DNA of 63,222 bases, the filler included, from Basidiobolus ranarum (Eukaryota), in NCBI GenBank assembly GCA_040143965.1. It is 32 parts of 32 records of this genome, joined end to end, with 100 filler letters (N's around TTAATTAATTAA, not from the genome) between each part and the next. Parts side by side here need not be neighbours in the genome. Positions count along the whole stretch, not along the records: positions 23,808 to 25,687 come from JASJQH010004161.1; positions 25,788 to 27,667 come from JASJQH010004162.1; positions 27,768 to 29,646 come from JASJQH010004163.1; positions 29,747 to 31,625 come from JASJQH010004164.1; positions 31,726 to 33,603 come from JASJQH010004165.1; positions 33,704 to 35,581 come from JASJQH010004166.1; 26 more parts are not named here. One strand, 5' to 3'. This document shows positions 23,808-35,681 of this stretch, piece by piece. Numbering within the stretch: position 1 is the stretch's first letter; each line of letters begins with the position of its first letter. Below the pieces are notes generated by a model. That model saw only the letters and a list, made by a program, of their open reading frames with translations, did no database searches and was not told where the DNA came from. The position numbers were made by a program, and so were the translations under genes.

Positions 23808-25687
23808 GGAATGTATTGAACACCAGCATAGATTCAGTCTATCTTCTTTAAACCTGTAATAAAGTTTTTCATATCTAATTGCAAAATCTTTGCTCAGTCA
23901 CTGTATCTGGCTGAGATCTGCCAGTGTGAGTTGATGCCAGAAGAATATGTTAACAATATACACAAATAACTCCCAATGTTGCCAATACTTTTCAGGCAGA
24001 AATCTGTTCAATATTCCACTTGAATATATACAAAGCCAATACCTCCAGTTTTGTATTTGAATAAATGGCCATCTGAGTGGATATGATGAGAGTTCTGTTA
24101 AAATATGATGGTAACTTGATGTTTTCAAGCATCTTTCCAATCAATTTGAACTGTGATTTTATCTCAAATGGCTTATTCATATTGAATTTTCCACTATAAA
24201 GCTGAGTAAGTAGTATTGGAATGTTATTGAATAGTAAGTGCATAGTGCCTAATGGGAAGCTCTGGCTCCAGCTGATCCCCTTTAGCTCTATAATCTTAGT
24301 CTTATAGCTAATACCAAGTTTGATGTTAGATTGACTATTTGGTGAATAAATATCAGTGATAATGTTGAAATCTGACCAGGCTCTTGACAGTAAAATCATG
24401 GAGCTTGCTTTTGTATTGGGATAGTAGTAATGAGTATGCCTGATAGAGTAGACTCCATTGATTTGACAAAATCTTCAGCAAGATACTGCATTGTGCCCAC
24501 AAAACCATCCAATTTTGCTTATGGCAGTAGTGTCACAAATGCATACAATGATATTAGCCCTAATAAAACATACACCCATCTGAACCCCATTAGATAATTA
24601 TACAAATTCCACAATCAAAGGCTCCAAGAAGCTATTTGTAAGCACTGATGACTTAGGTCCAGATATGATGGGTAGTGTCAAAATATTATGTCTCTTATAC
24701 CATTCAGAAGGAGGAAGATTTAAGTTAATTAAAATTATTGGCCAGCAAGCCTTTCCAACAGTGTATTTATTTAGCAAGAAACCATCCAGAGGCAATGTAA
24801 ATGCATGATCATATGTGCTCTCAAAGAAATCTAGACTTTTCAGATTCCAGTGGTAATACACCAAGTATATTGGCAATACCATCAGCTTTATGGTGAGTAC
24901 TTTGGTATTGGATCAATAATCTATGTTAGGGTGAATTCATCAAAACTTTAAGATTGGGAATCATCAGAATTTAAGCCAAATATCAACAATTCTTACTTGA
25001 CTCAGATATTGCCAATTGTATGCAAACAGTCCATGGCCTCAGGTTTATCAGAACATTGGTGAAAGGCAAACAACCATTTGGACATGAAGGTAGTTTAATT
25101 ACTGAAGAATTATAAGTCTTTCAATTGACAAGTGTTTTGCACTTGTACCAGGTCTGTGCAATCAGTGGACTCAGTGGGCACAACTAAAGTCAACTTTCTG
25201 CACTTATTACTGCTGATATTTACCAGGCTTTGTGCCACTGGTGGCTTTTTACAGTGACCATGCTTGTGATTATTTTTTCTATGAAGCCTCTGGCTTTCAT
25301 AGCACAAGCATTTGTGACAATAATATCAGGGCTTCTTTAAATGTTTATGTTGTGGCATGAGAAGGATATTGTGGAAAACAGAACACCTTCTATGTGAGAG
25401 TGGTATTTTAGATATAGCCAATCAATATCATCAGCTGATTCTGAGACGGTGTCACAGATGAGTCATCAGAGGATTTACAAGATATTTCTTGTAATGGATG
25501 GTAATTTTGGTTTATTATAAGCTGTTTCTAAGCAATTCTATTACACCAAGTTTACCATCTGAAAACTTCAATGCCATTCAAAAAGCATTCAAAATCTAAG
25601 TCAAAATTGGCTTCCAAGCCAAAGCCTGCTGGCACAAAAGGAAAAAAACAAGCAAGAACAGAAGACTTTATTGATGAGCAGTCTAGC
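23808..25687 (-). mobile_element. CMC transposon interior: transposase pseudogene (ATG 25358, minus) and ORF-A start (ATG 25571, plus)
   Basis: LDGF..KACWPIILINLNLPPSE..SGPKS..FLEPL Transposase_21-type motifs. Confidence 0.9.
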
Positions 25688-25810
25688 NNNNNNNNNNNNN
25701 NNNNNNNNNNNNNNNNNNNNNNNNNNNNNNNTTAATTAATTAANNNNNNNNNNNNNNNNNNNNNNNNNNNNNNNNNNNNNNNNNNNNCAGCCCATATTTT
25801 CCCAATAACA

Positions 25811-26802
25811 TTATTGCAACATATTGGCCAGATAGCTGGAAGAATATTGATTCAGCAACATTAATACAATGGTGGGCTTTGATAGAGATATTGACACATA
25901 GTGATGTTGGATCAGAGCTAAACCTTGGGTATGAAAAACTCTATAAAATATTCAGCAGAGTGTATCCAAGAAACTAGGGATTTTGAAGGTGACATATTAG
26001 CATTCAAGTGATACTTGTCTAAAACTTGAGTTATTTCTTTTGCACATGTGTGTATCCATAGTTTTCTGGTATTGTAGCCAATCATGTCCAACTATTTTGC
26101 AAGATCCTGTATTTTTACTACTGAAACTGAAAAAAATTTTAAAATCACATCTAACTTGACATCTTTATGACAGAAAGTCAATAGTCAACACATTCATGAA
26201 ACATCTTGAAAAATACCTGATTATCTACTTGGAAAAGAAAAAAAGAGGCTGAAGCAGTACCCAAGGGGCAGGTTATAAAAAAATTTATAGGAAAAGGAAA
26301 GAAATAGTGAGCCCTTAAGATACCAACCCACTTGCTCACTTCTCAACATTGCAACTAAGAGAAAACTTTGGAGTTTAGTGCAATTCCCAACTGTGCACTG
26401 AAAAGCATGACTTTGCAAGACAATAAAGCACACCAGTGCAAATATTTCATGGATCAAATATCTTTGGAACATATGTGACATTTAGCTGACTTATATTAAC
26501 AGTAACTAAGCTCTATTCAAACCACTACTGGGACTTTTCACAGTGTTGATGTTAGGAGTATTTATAAAAGCATGCAAAAATCTGGTGAAAATTCATCAAT
26601 CAGAGTTAGTAGTGCCAAACCAGAACATCATACAAAATACAAAAGAGTACTTGGAAAATACTTCAAAAAGCTTAAAAGCAAAAACAGAGTGGAGTCTGGC
26701 ATCAAGTTGCTTCTCCAAAATAAAATTGAACTACACATCAATTCCAATGTTGACCATGCAAACATCCAGGAAGAACTTAACAAAAGGTGGCACCAGGTTG
26801 TA
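25811..26802 (+). pseudogene. ORF-A C-terminus plus a second, more divergent ORF-A homologue
   Basis: VLGKYFKKLKSKNRV...IQEELNKRWH aligns with VLEKYFQTYEGKNAV...IWEELNTEWH. Confidence 0.65.
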
Positions 26803-27667
26803 CCCTAACAAAAATAAAATTGATTTGGTGGGGAATGGATCCACCCTTCTAAATTGCAAAACCATCAGAGAACCATCACAATATTGGTAGCTGGCATTCT
26901 GCCAGGGATTTTGAGGGTGTGATGGTGGTTTCTTGATGGTATTTTGATGGTATTCATACATATTAAAATATTGATTCTCAGATTTGGCATGCATTATTAA
27001 TTTCTGGCAATTTTTGCAAATTATAATTTTCAAATGGCAATTTACTAGGTTTACTGCCGTAGGAATTTGATTTAATATGCATGCCTTTTTTTAGATATTT
27101 TAGACTTTGTATTCCAGCCATAATGAGATTCAAAAAGTACAAGAATCTTGTTGTTTTTGGTCTCTGCATATGCATATACCTGACTGATCAGACATAACTC
27201 AACAACTTCAATATGCTTAACAAGCAAACTAATGGTGGAAAAATTGCTAAACATCTGAAATTTGAATAGCACTGACACTTGGCAAATAGCTGACTCTTGT
27301 TACCATTCACAATGAGAATAAGCTCTTGGATTTTGGCAAATTTCCGTAAAGAATTCAGCCAATATATCCCCAACTTGCAGTCAACAAATGTCCTGCCACA
27401 AGTAGATATGTCATTGCTTGAATAGATTACCCCATGGCTAAAACAATAATACTGTGTATCTCCATCTATCTCACCAAGAAGTCTGTCTTGCAGCTTTCCT
27501 AAAAATACTGTCAGATTATCATGCAAGCAAATTAGTCCAATTATAAAGGTACTTACTCTGTGTCCATGGATTGGGCTTTGTTGCTGTTATTGTGCTCAAA
27601 CAATGCAAAAACCCGTGAGCACATTGAAAAGAGCCCTTTGTTGGCAGGTTAATATACTCTGGAGTCT
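26803..27667 (-). mobile_element. CMC right end and transposase C-terminus
   Basis: CCCTAACAAAAATAAAAT at 26803. Confidence 0.9.
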
Positions 27668-27767
27668 NNNNNNNNNNNNNNNNNNNNNNNNNNNNNNNNN
27701 NNNNNNNNNNNTTAATTAATTAANNNNNNNNNNNNNNNNNNNNNNNNNNNNNNNNNNNNNNNNNNNN

Positions 27768-29170
27768 AAATGTGAAAGCTGTATTCAAGGGAAAATCTCC
27801 AGAAAACCATTTCCAAAAGAAGGAGCTAGCAAAGCCAAAGATTTATTGGATCTTATTCATACAGACTTATGTGGCCCAATGCAAACTCTGACACCAAGTA
27901 AGCAACGATATTTACTCATCTTTATTGATGATAAATCTCACTTCACAGTTTCATATCTTCTGTCAAGCAAAGGAGAAGTGTTTCAATATTTCAAGATATA
28001 CGAAGCAATGATCACAACCATAACAGGAAGAAAAATCAAATAACTACGCAGTAATAATGGAACTGAATTAGTCATGACGCCACTTGGGAACCTGCCAGAG
28101 GAGTATGGGAACCTCATAATTGCCCTAGAACCAAGATCAGAGCCATTAATGAAGGAATATGTTGGTAATAGACTTTTAAATGAGGAATTCTGGAGATCTA
28201 TTTCTCAGCCTTTTTTTGGAGCTGTAAAACATTCAACAAGCTGTAATAATGGTGCCCCTAATAGGAAATCAATTATCTGCAAATATTGCAAGAAACAAGG
28301 CCATTCAATCAAAGATTGCAAAATAAGGATACTTGCCAAAAAGCTAAAATTGGAACAGGCAAATCAAGGAAGCACCAGCAGGAAACATCTATTTCTGTCT
28401 GCCCTAGCAGTAACCTCCAAGGAAGACTCAGAAATGTGGTACATTGATTCAGGAGCTTCCCAGCATTTGTTAAACCAGAAAGATTGTTTTCCAGCCTAAA
28501 ACCTATCCAAACAAGGAAAGTCTACTTAGATGCTGACTATGCACCAGAAGCAGTTGGTGAGGGCATCATTGTGCACAATTCAAATCAAAATTTAGTCACA
28601 CCATCTGCAAAATTGAATGATGTACTCAATGTACCAAATACAGCAAAGAATCTACTCTCAGTAAGTAAAGTAACAACTCAAGGACTAAACTTCATATTCA
28701 GAAAGAATGGATGCACTATTGTAGATCAGAATAATACCAAAGTAGCCACTAAGATCAAAGCCAAACACCTATACAAGCTAGAAAGCAACAAATTGCATTC
28801 TGCGCTTGCAAACTTGGCCAAAACTGGTGGAATGAGCTGTCAAACATGGCATAAAAGGTTAGGCCGCATTGGGGAACAAAAACTGACCCAAATGATCTAT
28901 AATTGGCAGGTTTTACACTTGAAAATTGATATTTTTACTAAATTTGATCTGTGTGAGGGTTGCATATATGGAAAGCATCACAGACAGCAATTTGCAAGAT
29001 CTGGAAAGCATAAGTCTAATAAAAATTTTGCCTTGATTTGTTTTGACCTATGTGGCCCCATGAGAATGGTCTCACTAGGTGGCAAAAGGTACTTTATGCC
29101 TCTATTGATGACAAAACAGGCTATACTTAGACATTACTTCTCAAATCAAATTCTTTAGCCTTAGCTGTGT
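27768..29170 (+). mobile_element. Two fused copia fragments: integrase, then gag-protease-integrase
   Basis: DLIHTDLCGPM; CKYCKKQGHSIKDC; WYIDSGASQH; WHKRLG; CEGCIYGK. Confidence 0.92.
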
Positions 29171-29239
29171 TGAAATTAATTAGGGAGAAATATTGGTCCG
29201 GCCAGAATTTGGAGCTGGTACCTCCTCCAGTCCTTGTAT

Positions 29240-29646
29240 CCCTAACAAAAATAAAATCGATTTGATCCGGATCGGATTCACCCTCCGAAATAGCAAAACC
29301 GTCAGAGAACCATCACAATATCGTTGGTTTGCATTCTGCCAGGGATTCTGATGGTGTGATGGCGATTTCTTGACGGTATCTTGGCGGTATTCCTACATGT
29401 TAAAATATTGATCCTCAAATTTGGCATGTGTTATTCAATATCCAGCAATTTTTGCAAAAATATAATTTTCAAATGGCAAATTACTGGGTTTACTGCTGTA
29501 GGAATTTGAATTAATATGCATGCCTTTATTGAGACATTTTAGGCTTTGTATTCCAGCCATAATGAGAATCAAAAAATACAAGAATCTCGTTGTGTTTAGT
29601 CTCTACATATGAACATATTTGACTGATTAGACATAACTCAACAACA
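29240..29646 (-). mobile_element. CMC right end, young CpG-retaining copy
   Basis: CCCTAACAAAAATAAAATCGATTTGATCCGGATCGG. Confidence 0.92.
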
Positions 29647-29746
29647 NNNNNNNNNNNNNNNNNNNNNNNNNNNNNNNNNNNNNNNNNNNNTTAATTAATT
29701 AANNNNNNNNNNNNNNNNNNNNNNNNNNNNNNNNNNNNNNNNNNNN

Positions 29747-30144
29747 CAACATTAATACAATGGTGGGCTTTGATGGAGATATTGACACAAACTTGTGTTG
29801 GGTATGAGCTAAACCTTGGGTATGAAGAACTCTATAAAAATATTCAGGAGAATATATAAAAGAGACTAGGGATTTTGAAGGTGACAAATTAGTGTTCAAG
29901 TGGTAATGGTGTAAAATTTGAGTTATGTTTTTCACACATGTGTTGATCCATAGTTCTCAGAGATTTTAGCCAATCATTGGCCACTATTTTGCAAGATCTT
30001 GAAATTTCACTCCTGAAACTGAAAAAAATTAATTAAAATCAAATCTAACTTGACAATTTTATGTTTGTAAGTAAATGTCAATCCCAAATGGATTAAAATT
30101 GTGATGGTTTTCCTACAATAACAATCCTCCAATTTCTGTTAGGG
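29747..30144 (-). mobile_element. CMC left end inserted in an LTR-B
   Basis: Ends AATTTCTGTTAGGG; LTR-B continues 30145-30423. Confidence 0.88.
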
Positions 30145-30423
30145 TTTGGTTATGATACTTATATCAGACACAGAAAGCAGCATATCTATAGCCTCTATAT
30201 TCTAAATAAGAATATCTCCATATCTATATAATAAGTATGTCTTATTACCCCCACTTATCTGTTATATCTTATTACACAAGCTCCTCAATATCTCAAACAA
30301 TTGATTTACTTTTCTACTATATAAGTCACCATATACTATAAAGAATAAAGTAACTAAAGCACACTATTATAAGTTGCTTCCAATACTCAAATTCTACCCC
30401 AATTATGTTAAGATCCTCCAACA

Positions 30424-31281
30424 CAAATGAAAGCCAGAAATTTCTTTATCAATCTATGGTTGGAACATGGCCAGATATTGCATATTCTGTGGGAGTTACA
30501 TACCAATATCTTCAAAATTATAGGATCTGATCAAATCATATCAATTAAACAAATTTTCAGAAATTTGAAAGGTATTGCAAATCTGTACTTAAAATACACC
30601 TACTCTGAATCAAACTTTGATCTGATTGGATATTTGGATGCAAATTGGGGAAGAGAATTTGGGGATACTTATTTCTTGCCTGTAACAGACCTAATTCTTG
30701 GAATTCAAGGAAACAACCTACCATAGCACTTTCAACAACAGAAGCTGAATACATGGCTGATGGTGAAGCAACAATAGAAGCAATATGGTTAAGAAAACTC
30801 TCAACATATTCAGGTTATTTTCAAAATTCACCAACTACAATATTTTGAGATAATCAAAGTTGTATCAAATTAGCTAAAAATCCTACATTTCACAATAGAA
30901 GCAAACATATAGATATTAAGTGTCACTTCATTAGAGAGACTATAGAGTATAAGTTTATTGACTTACCTTGTGGTTCTACAGAAGACATGATTGCTGATAT
31001 ATTAACTAAACCATAAGCTGGACAGAAAATTGAGAAATTTAAACCTTTATTAGGATAAGTTTATATGACTATTTAGTTAAGGGAGAGTGTCAAAATTAAC
31101 ATTGCCTAAACAACTATATAGTCGTATAGAGCTTAGTACTTAGTTATCTTATAACTTACTAAGATAATATCAATCATTCTCAATTGGAATTTACTTGGAA
31201 TATTTTTATCAACTTAGAGTTCTCAGATGCATAGATTTCTCAGACTTGTACTAGAAACCCCAAACTTGCACACATGTTCCT
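30424..31281 (+). mobile_element. Copia RT/RNase H remnant, polypurine tract (31079-31087) and 3' LTR-C (from 31088)
   Basis: LIGYLDANWG, SRKQPTIALSTTEAEY, HNRSKHIDIK; AAGGGAGAG|TGT junction. Confidence 0.92.
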
Positions 31282-31625
31282 CCCTAACAAAAATAAAATC
31301 CATTTGATCCGGATTGGATCCACCCTCCAAAATAGCAAAACCGTCAGAGAACTGTCACAATATTGCTGGCTTGCATTCTGCCATGGATTTTGATGGTGTG
31401 ATGGCGGTTTCTTGATGGTATTCATATATGTTGAAATTTTGATCCTCAAATTTGGCATGAATTATTCAATCACCAGCAATTTTTGCAAAAATATAATTTT
31501 TGAATGGCAAATTTCTGGGTTTACTGCTGTAGGAATTTGAATTAATATGCATGCCTTTATTTAGATATTTTAGGCTTTGTATTCCAGCCATAATGAGAAT
31601 CAAAAAATACAAGAATCTTGTTGTG
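31282..31625 (-). mobile_element. CMC right end inserted in LTR-C
   Basis: CCCTAACAAAAATAAAATC at 31282. Confidence 0.9.
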
Positions 31626-31725
31626 NNNNNNNNNNNNNNNNNNNNNNNNNNNNNNNNNNNNNNNNNNNNTTAATTAATTAANNNNNNNNNNNNNNNNNNN
31701 NNNNNNNNNNNNNNNNNNNNNNNNN

Positions 31726-32183
31726 ATTTGTCACCGGTGTGCCAAAACTACTAGTGTTTTGTAATGCAGGAGCTGTTGTGCCCAATTGAAAATCAGGATA
31801 CTGTGTTAGTGAGGGACAAATGATTGGCCTAAAAACTTGTGAATGTCTCGGTTATACATTTGATTGGGTAAGTTACAGTATTAATTGTTTATTGTTACAC
31901 ATTCAGTAATTTGTAAGTTACAAACTAGGGGATGAATTTACTTTGTCAGTTACCCAAAATCATAATCTGGCAATACTAAATTGGATAACTTGGTACGGGC
32001 TGGCACAATATCTCCAAAAAAATCATCATGTCCGATTGTGGTGGGATAGTGCCATACTTTTCCTTATAGTTTCTGATTGAGTGTTACAGGATCCAGCCAT
32101 GGTAATTGACCGATAGCCCCAGATGGTGTACTAGCAGGCTGGATCAAGCAGCACGATCTGACCTGGTGCAATGGAACAAGTCT
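31726..32183. mobile_element. End of a longer element sharing the terminus of the 48367 MITE (Harbinger-like)
   Basis: Ends CAATGGAACAAGTCT|ATT, inserted in the CMC transposase. Confidence 0.55.
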
Positions 32184-33603
32184 ATTGAATTTTCCACTAT
32201 ATGGCTGCGTAAGTAGTATTAGAATGTTGTTTAATAGTAAGTGCATAGTGCCTAATGGCAAGCTCTGGCTCCAGCTGATCCCCTTTAGCAATATAATCTT
32301 AGGCTTATTTAGGCCCAGATATGATGGATAGTATCAAAATATTATGAATCTTATACCATTCAGAAGGAGGAAGATTTAAGTTGATTAGAATTATTGGACA
32401 GCAAGCCTTTCCAATGGTCTATTTCTTTATTGAGAAACCATTAAGAGCCAATGCAGATGAATGTCATACATGTTCTCAAAGAAACCTTGACTTTTCAGAT
32501 GCAGGTAGTGATATCCAATTAGTATTTTGGTAATACCTTCATCTTTACGGAGAGTACTTTGGTATTGGATCAATGATCTATATTTAGGTACTTTCATCAA
32601 AACTTTATGACAGGAAATCAATGGTATGTAAGCCAAATGTGAATGATATTTACCTGATTCAGTGATTGCCAATTGTGTGCAAACAGTACATGACTTCCCC
32701 TAACAAAAATAACATCAATTTGATCCGGATTGGATCCACCCTCTGAAAGGGCAAAACCATCAGAGAACCATCACAATATTGGTAGCTTGCATTCTGCCAA
32801 GGATTTTGATGGTGTGATGGCAGTTTCTTGATTGTATTTTGATGATATTAATACATGTTAAATATTGATCCTCAAATTGGCATGCATTATTTAATATCTG
32901 GCAATTTTCGCAAAACTATAGTTTTCAAATGGCAAATTACTGGGCTTACTGCTGTAGGAATTTGATTCAATATATATGCCTTTATTTAGATATTTCAAGC
33001 TTTGTATTCCAGCCATAATGAAAATCAAAAAATACAAGAATCTTGTTGTATTTAGTCTCTACATATGCACATACTTGACTGATTAGACATAACTCAACAA
33101 CATCAATATGCTTTACCAGCAAACTAACAGTGGAAATATTGCTAAACATCCAAAATTTTGAATAGCACTGACACTTGGCAAATAGCCAACTCTTGTTACC
33201 ATTTACAATGAGAATAAGCTCTTGGATCTTGGCAAATTTCCATAAAGAAATCAGCCAATATATCCCTGACTTGCATTCAACAAATGTCCCGCCACAAGTA
33301 GATGTGTCATTGTAGGAATTGATTACCCCATGGCTAAGACAATAATGCTGCATATCTTGATCTATCTCACTAAGAAGTCTGTCTTACAGCTTTCCTAAAA
33401 GTACCATAAGATTATCACACAAGCAAATTAGTCAAATTATAGAGATATTTACTCTTTGTCCATGGGTTGGGCTTTGTTGTGATTATTGTGGTCAAACAAT
33501 GAAAAAACCCATGAGCACATTGAAAGCAGCCCTTTGTTGGCAGGTTAATATACTCTGGAGCCTCCTTAACCCATTGCATTACATCCATCACTGATTTTGC
33601 TGA
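32184..33603 (-). mobile_element. CMC transposase fragment with another CMC right end inserted at 32698
   Basis: GISWSQSLPLGTMHL; terminus CCCTAACAAAAAT. Confidence 0.9.
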
Positions 33604-33703
33604 NNNNNNNNNNNNNNNNNNNNNNNNNNNNNNNNNNNNNNNNNNNNTTAATTAATTAANNNNNNNNNNNNNNNNNNNNNNNNNNNNNNNNNNNNNNNNN
33701 NNN

Positions 33704-34017
33704 GTCTCTACATATGCATATATTTGACTGATTAGACATAACTCAACAACATCAATATGCTTTACCAGCAAACTAATGGTGGAAGAATTGCTAAACATCT
33801 GAAATTTTGAATAGCACCAACACTTGGCACAGTGCTGACTCTTATACCATTCATAATGAGAATAGGCAATTACATTTTGGCAAGTTTCCATAAAGATTTC
33901 AGCCAAAATATCCACAGCTTGCAATCAACAAGTGTTATGCCACAAGTAGGTGTGTCATTACTTGAGTTGATTACCTCATGGCTAAAGCAATAATACTGTG
34001 TATCTTGATCTATCTCC
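33704..34017 (-). mobile_element. CMC transposase C-terminal fragment
   Basis: KHIDVVELCLISQ homology. Confidence 0.85.
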
Positions 34018-34063
34018 TAACCCTATTTTACCATCCATGTCTACCATCCTAGTACCATTAAGA

Positions 34064-34439
34064 TGTTGAAGTTTTTTATCTCTAACACATTTGTTCTCTC
34101 TATCTTTATACACCTAAATACTTCTTATATCACACATAAGCTAATTAAGATTACTTTGTCACATATCACTTAACTGTAAATTGGAATATATAGTAAATAT
34201 ATATGTGACTAATGTGAGCATTAGCAATTCCATATTGAAATATCAAAATTGTCCAAATTGCCCCAAAAATAGCTTATTTTACTCCCACAGATGTTGTGAG
34301 CACAACCTCAATGTTGATTTTTGGTATTACTACCAAAATGTATAAATGCTTCTCTGCAGGACAATAAATAATTATCTCACAACAATATTGACAACTCCAC
34401 TTTCTAAAGTTCCTCCAAACAACTCATATTTTTCCAATA
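34064..34439 (+). repeat. Solo LTR family A with a perfect 5-bp TSD (TAAGA)
   Basis: TAAGA|TGTTGAAG...TTCCAATA|TAAGA; homologous to 6930-7306. Confidence 0.88.
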
Positions 34440-34469
34440 TAAGAAGCTACTATCATACCATTTACTAAA

Positions 34470-35395
34470 CATCTGGCAGAATGCAAGCAACTAATATTAG
34501 GATGGTCCCATGACTATTTTGTGCTCTAGGAAGGTGGCTTTAATCCAGATCAAGATGATATTAATTCAGTCAGGGTGTGCTAAAGGGTTTTTACACTCCT
34601 TGAGCACAATTACAGCCCCTAAACCCGGTCCATGGTGAGGGATTAAGTTCATGTAGAATTTGAACTCTTGTGTTCTTGTGATAATCTGTTGATATTTCTA
34701 GGAAAGCTGCAAGGTAAATGTCTAGTGAGATATATCAAGATACAAATATTATGCTTTTAGCCTGGGGATAATCTATTCAAGCAATAACACTTCTCCCTGT
34801 GTCAGACATTTGTTGGTTTCAGCTTGGGCATAGTTTGATTGAATTTTTCTTCAAAATTTGCAAAATCCAACAGCTTATTCTGATCCTTAATGGTTACAGG
34901 AGTTAGCTTTTGCAAAGCATCAGTGCTATTCTTAACTTCAGCTGTTTAGCAATTTTCTCACCATTATTTTGCTGGCAAAGCATACTGGTGTTGTTGAGTT
35001 ATGAATGATTAATCAAGGATGTGCAAATGGAAAGACTAAGCACAACAAGATTGTAGAGTTTTTTTATTTTCATTATGGCTGGTATTCAAAGCCTAAAGTA
35101 TCTAAGCAATGGAATACATACTAATTCAAATACCTAAGCCAGTAAACCCACTAATATGCCACTTGAAAACTTATATGTTCTAAAAAGTGTTAGAAATTCA
35201 ATAATCCATGCCAAATATTGATGTTGATTAATTTAGCATATATATATATTGTCAGAAGACTGTTAGTAGCTGCCATCATATCATCAAAAGCACTGGCCAA
35301 ATATAACACATCAATCTCAAGACAGTCCTCTGATAGTTTTGCTGTCAAGCAGGGTGGATCCAACTCAGATCAAATGAATGCTATCTTTTTTAACA
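34470..35395 (+). mobile_element. Older or divergent relatives of the CMC element (right-end regions)
   Basis: Collinear with 8100-8921 but clearly more diverged. Confidence 0.7.
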
Positions 35396-35681
35396 CTACT
35401 TAATTTTCTATGTTTGCTCTGCAAGTTTCTACAGATCTGGAGTAATATGTCATTTCAACTGCTACTCAAGAATAAGAATTAGTAATGCCATATCGGAAAT
35501 TTCAAACTCATCCAAATTGCCCCAAAGATAGCTCATTTTACTCCCACAGATGTTCTGAGCATAACCCCAGTGTTAGTTTTCNNNNNNNNNNNNNNNNNNN
35601 NNNNNNNNNNNNNNNNNNNNNNNNNTTAATTAATTAANNNNNNNNNNNNNNNNNNNNNNNNNNNNNNNNNNNNNNNNNNNN

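Noticed and set aside
34014-34025. CCTAACCCTA as a telomere remnant
   Set aside because: Under two units, internal, and at a TE junction.
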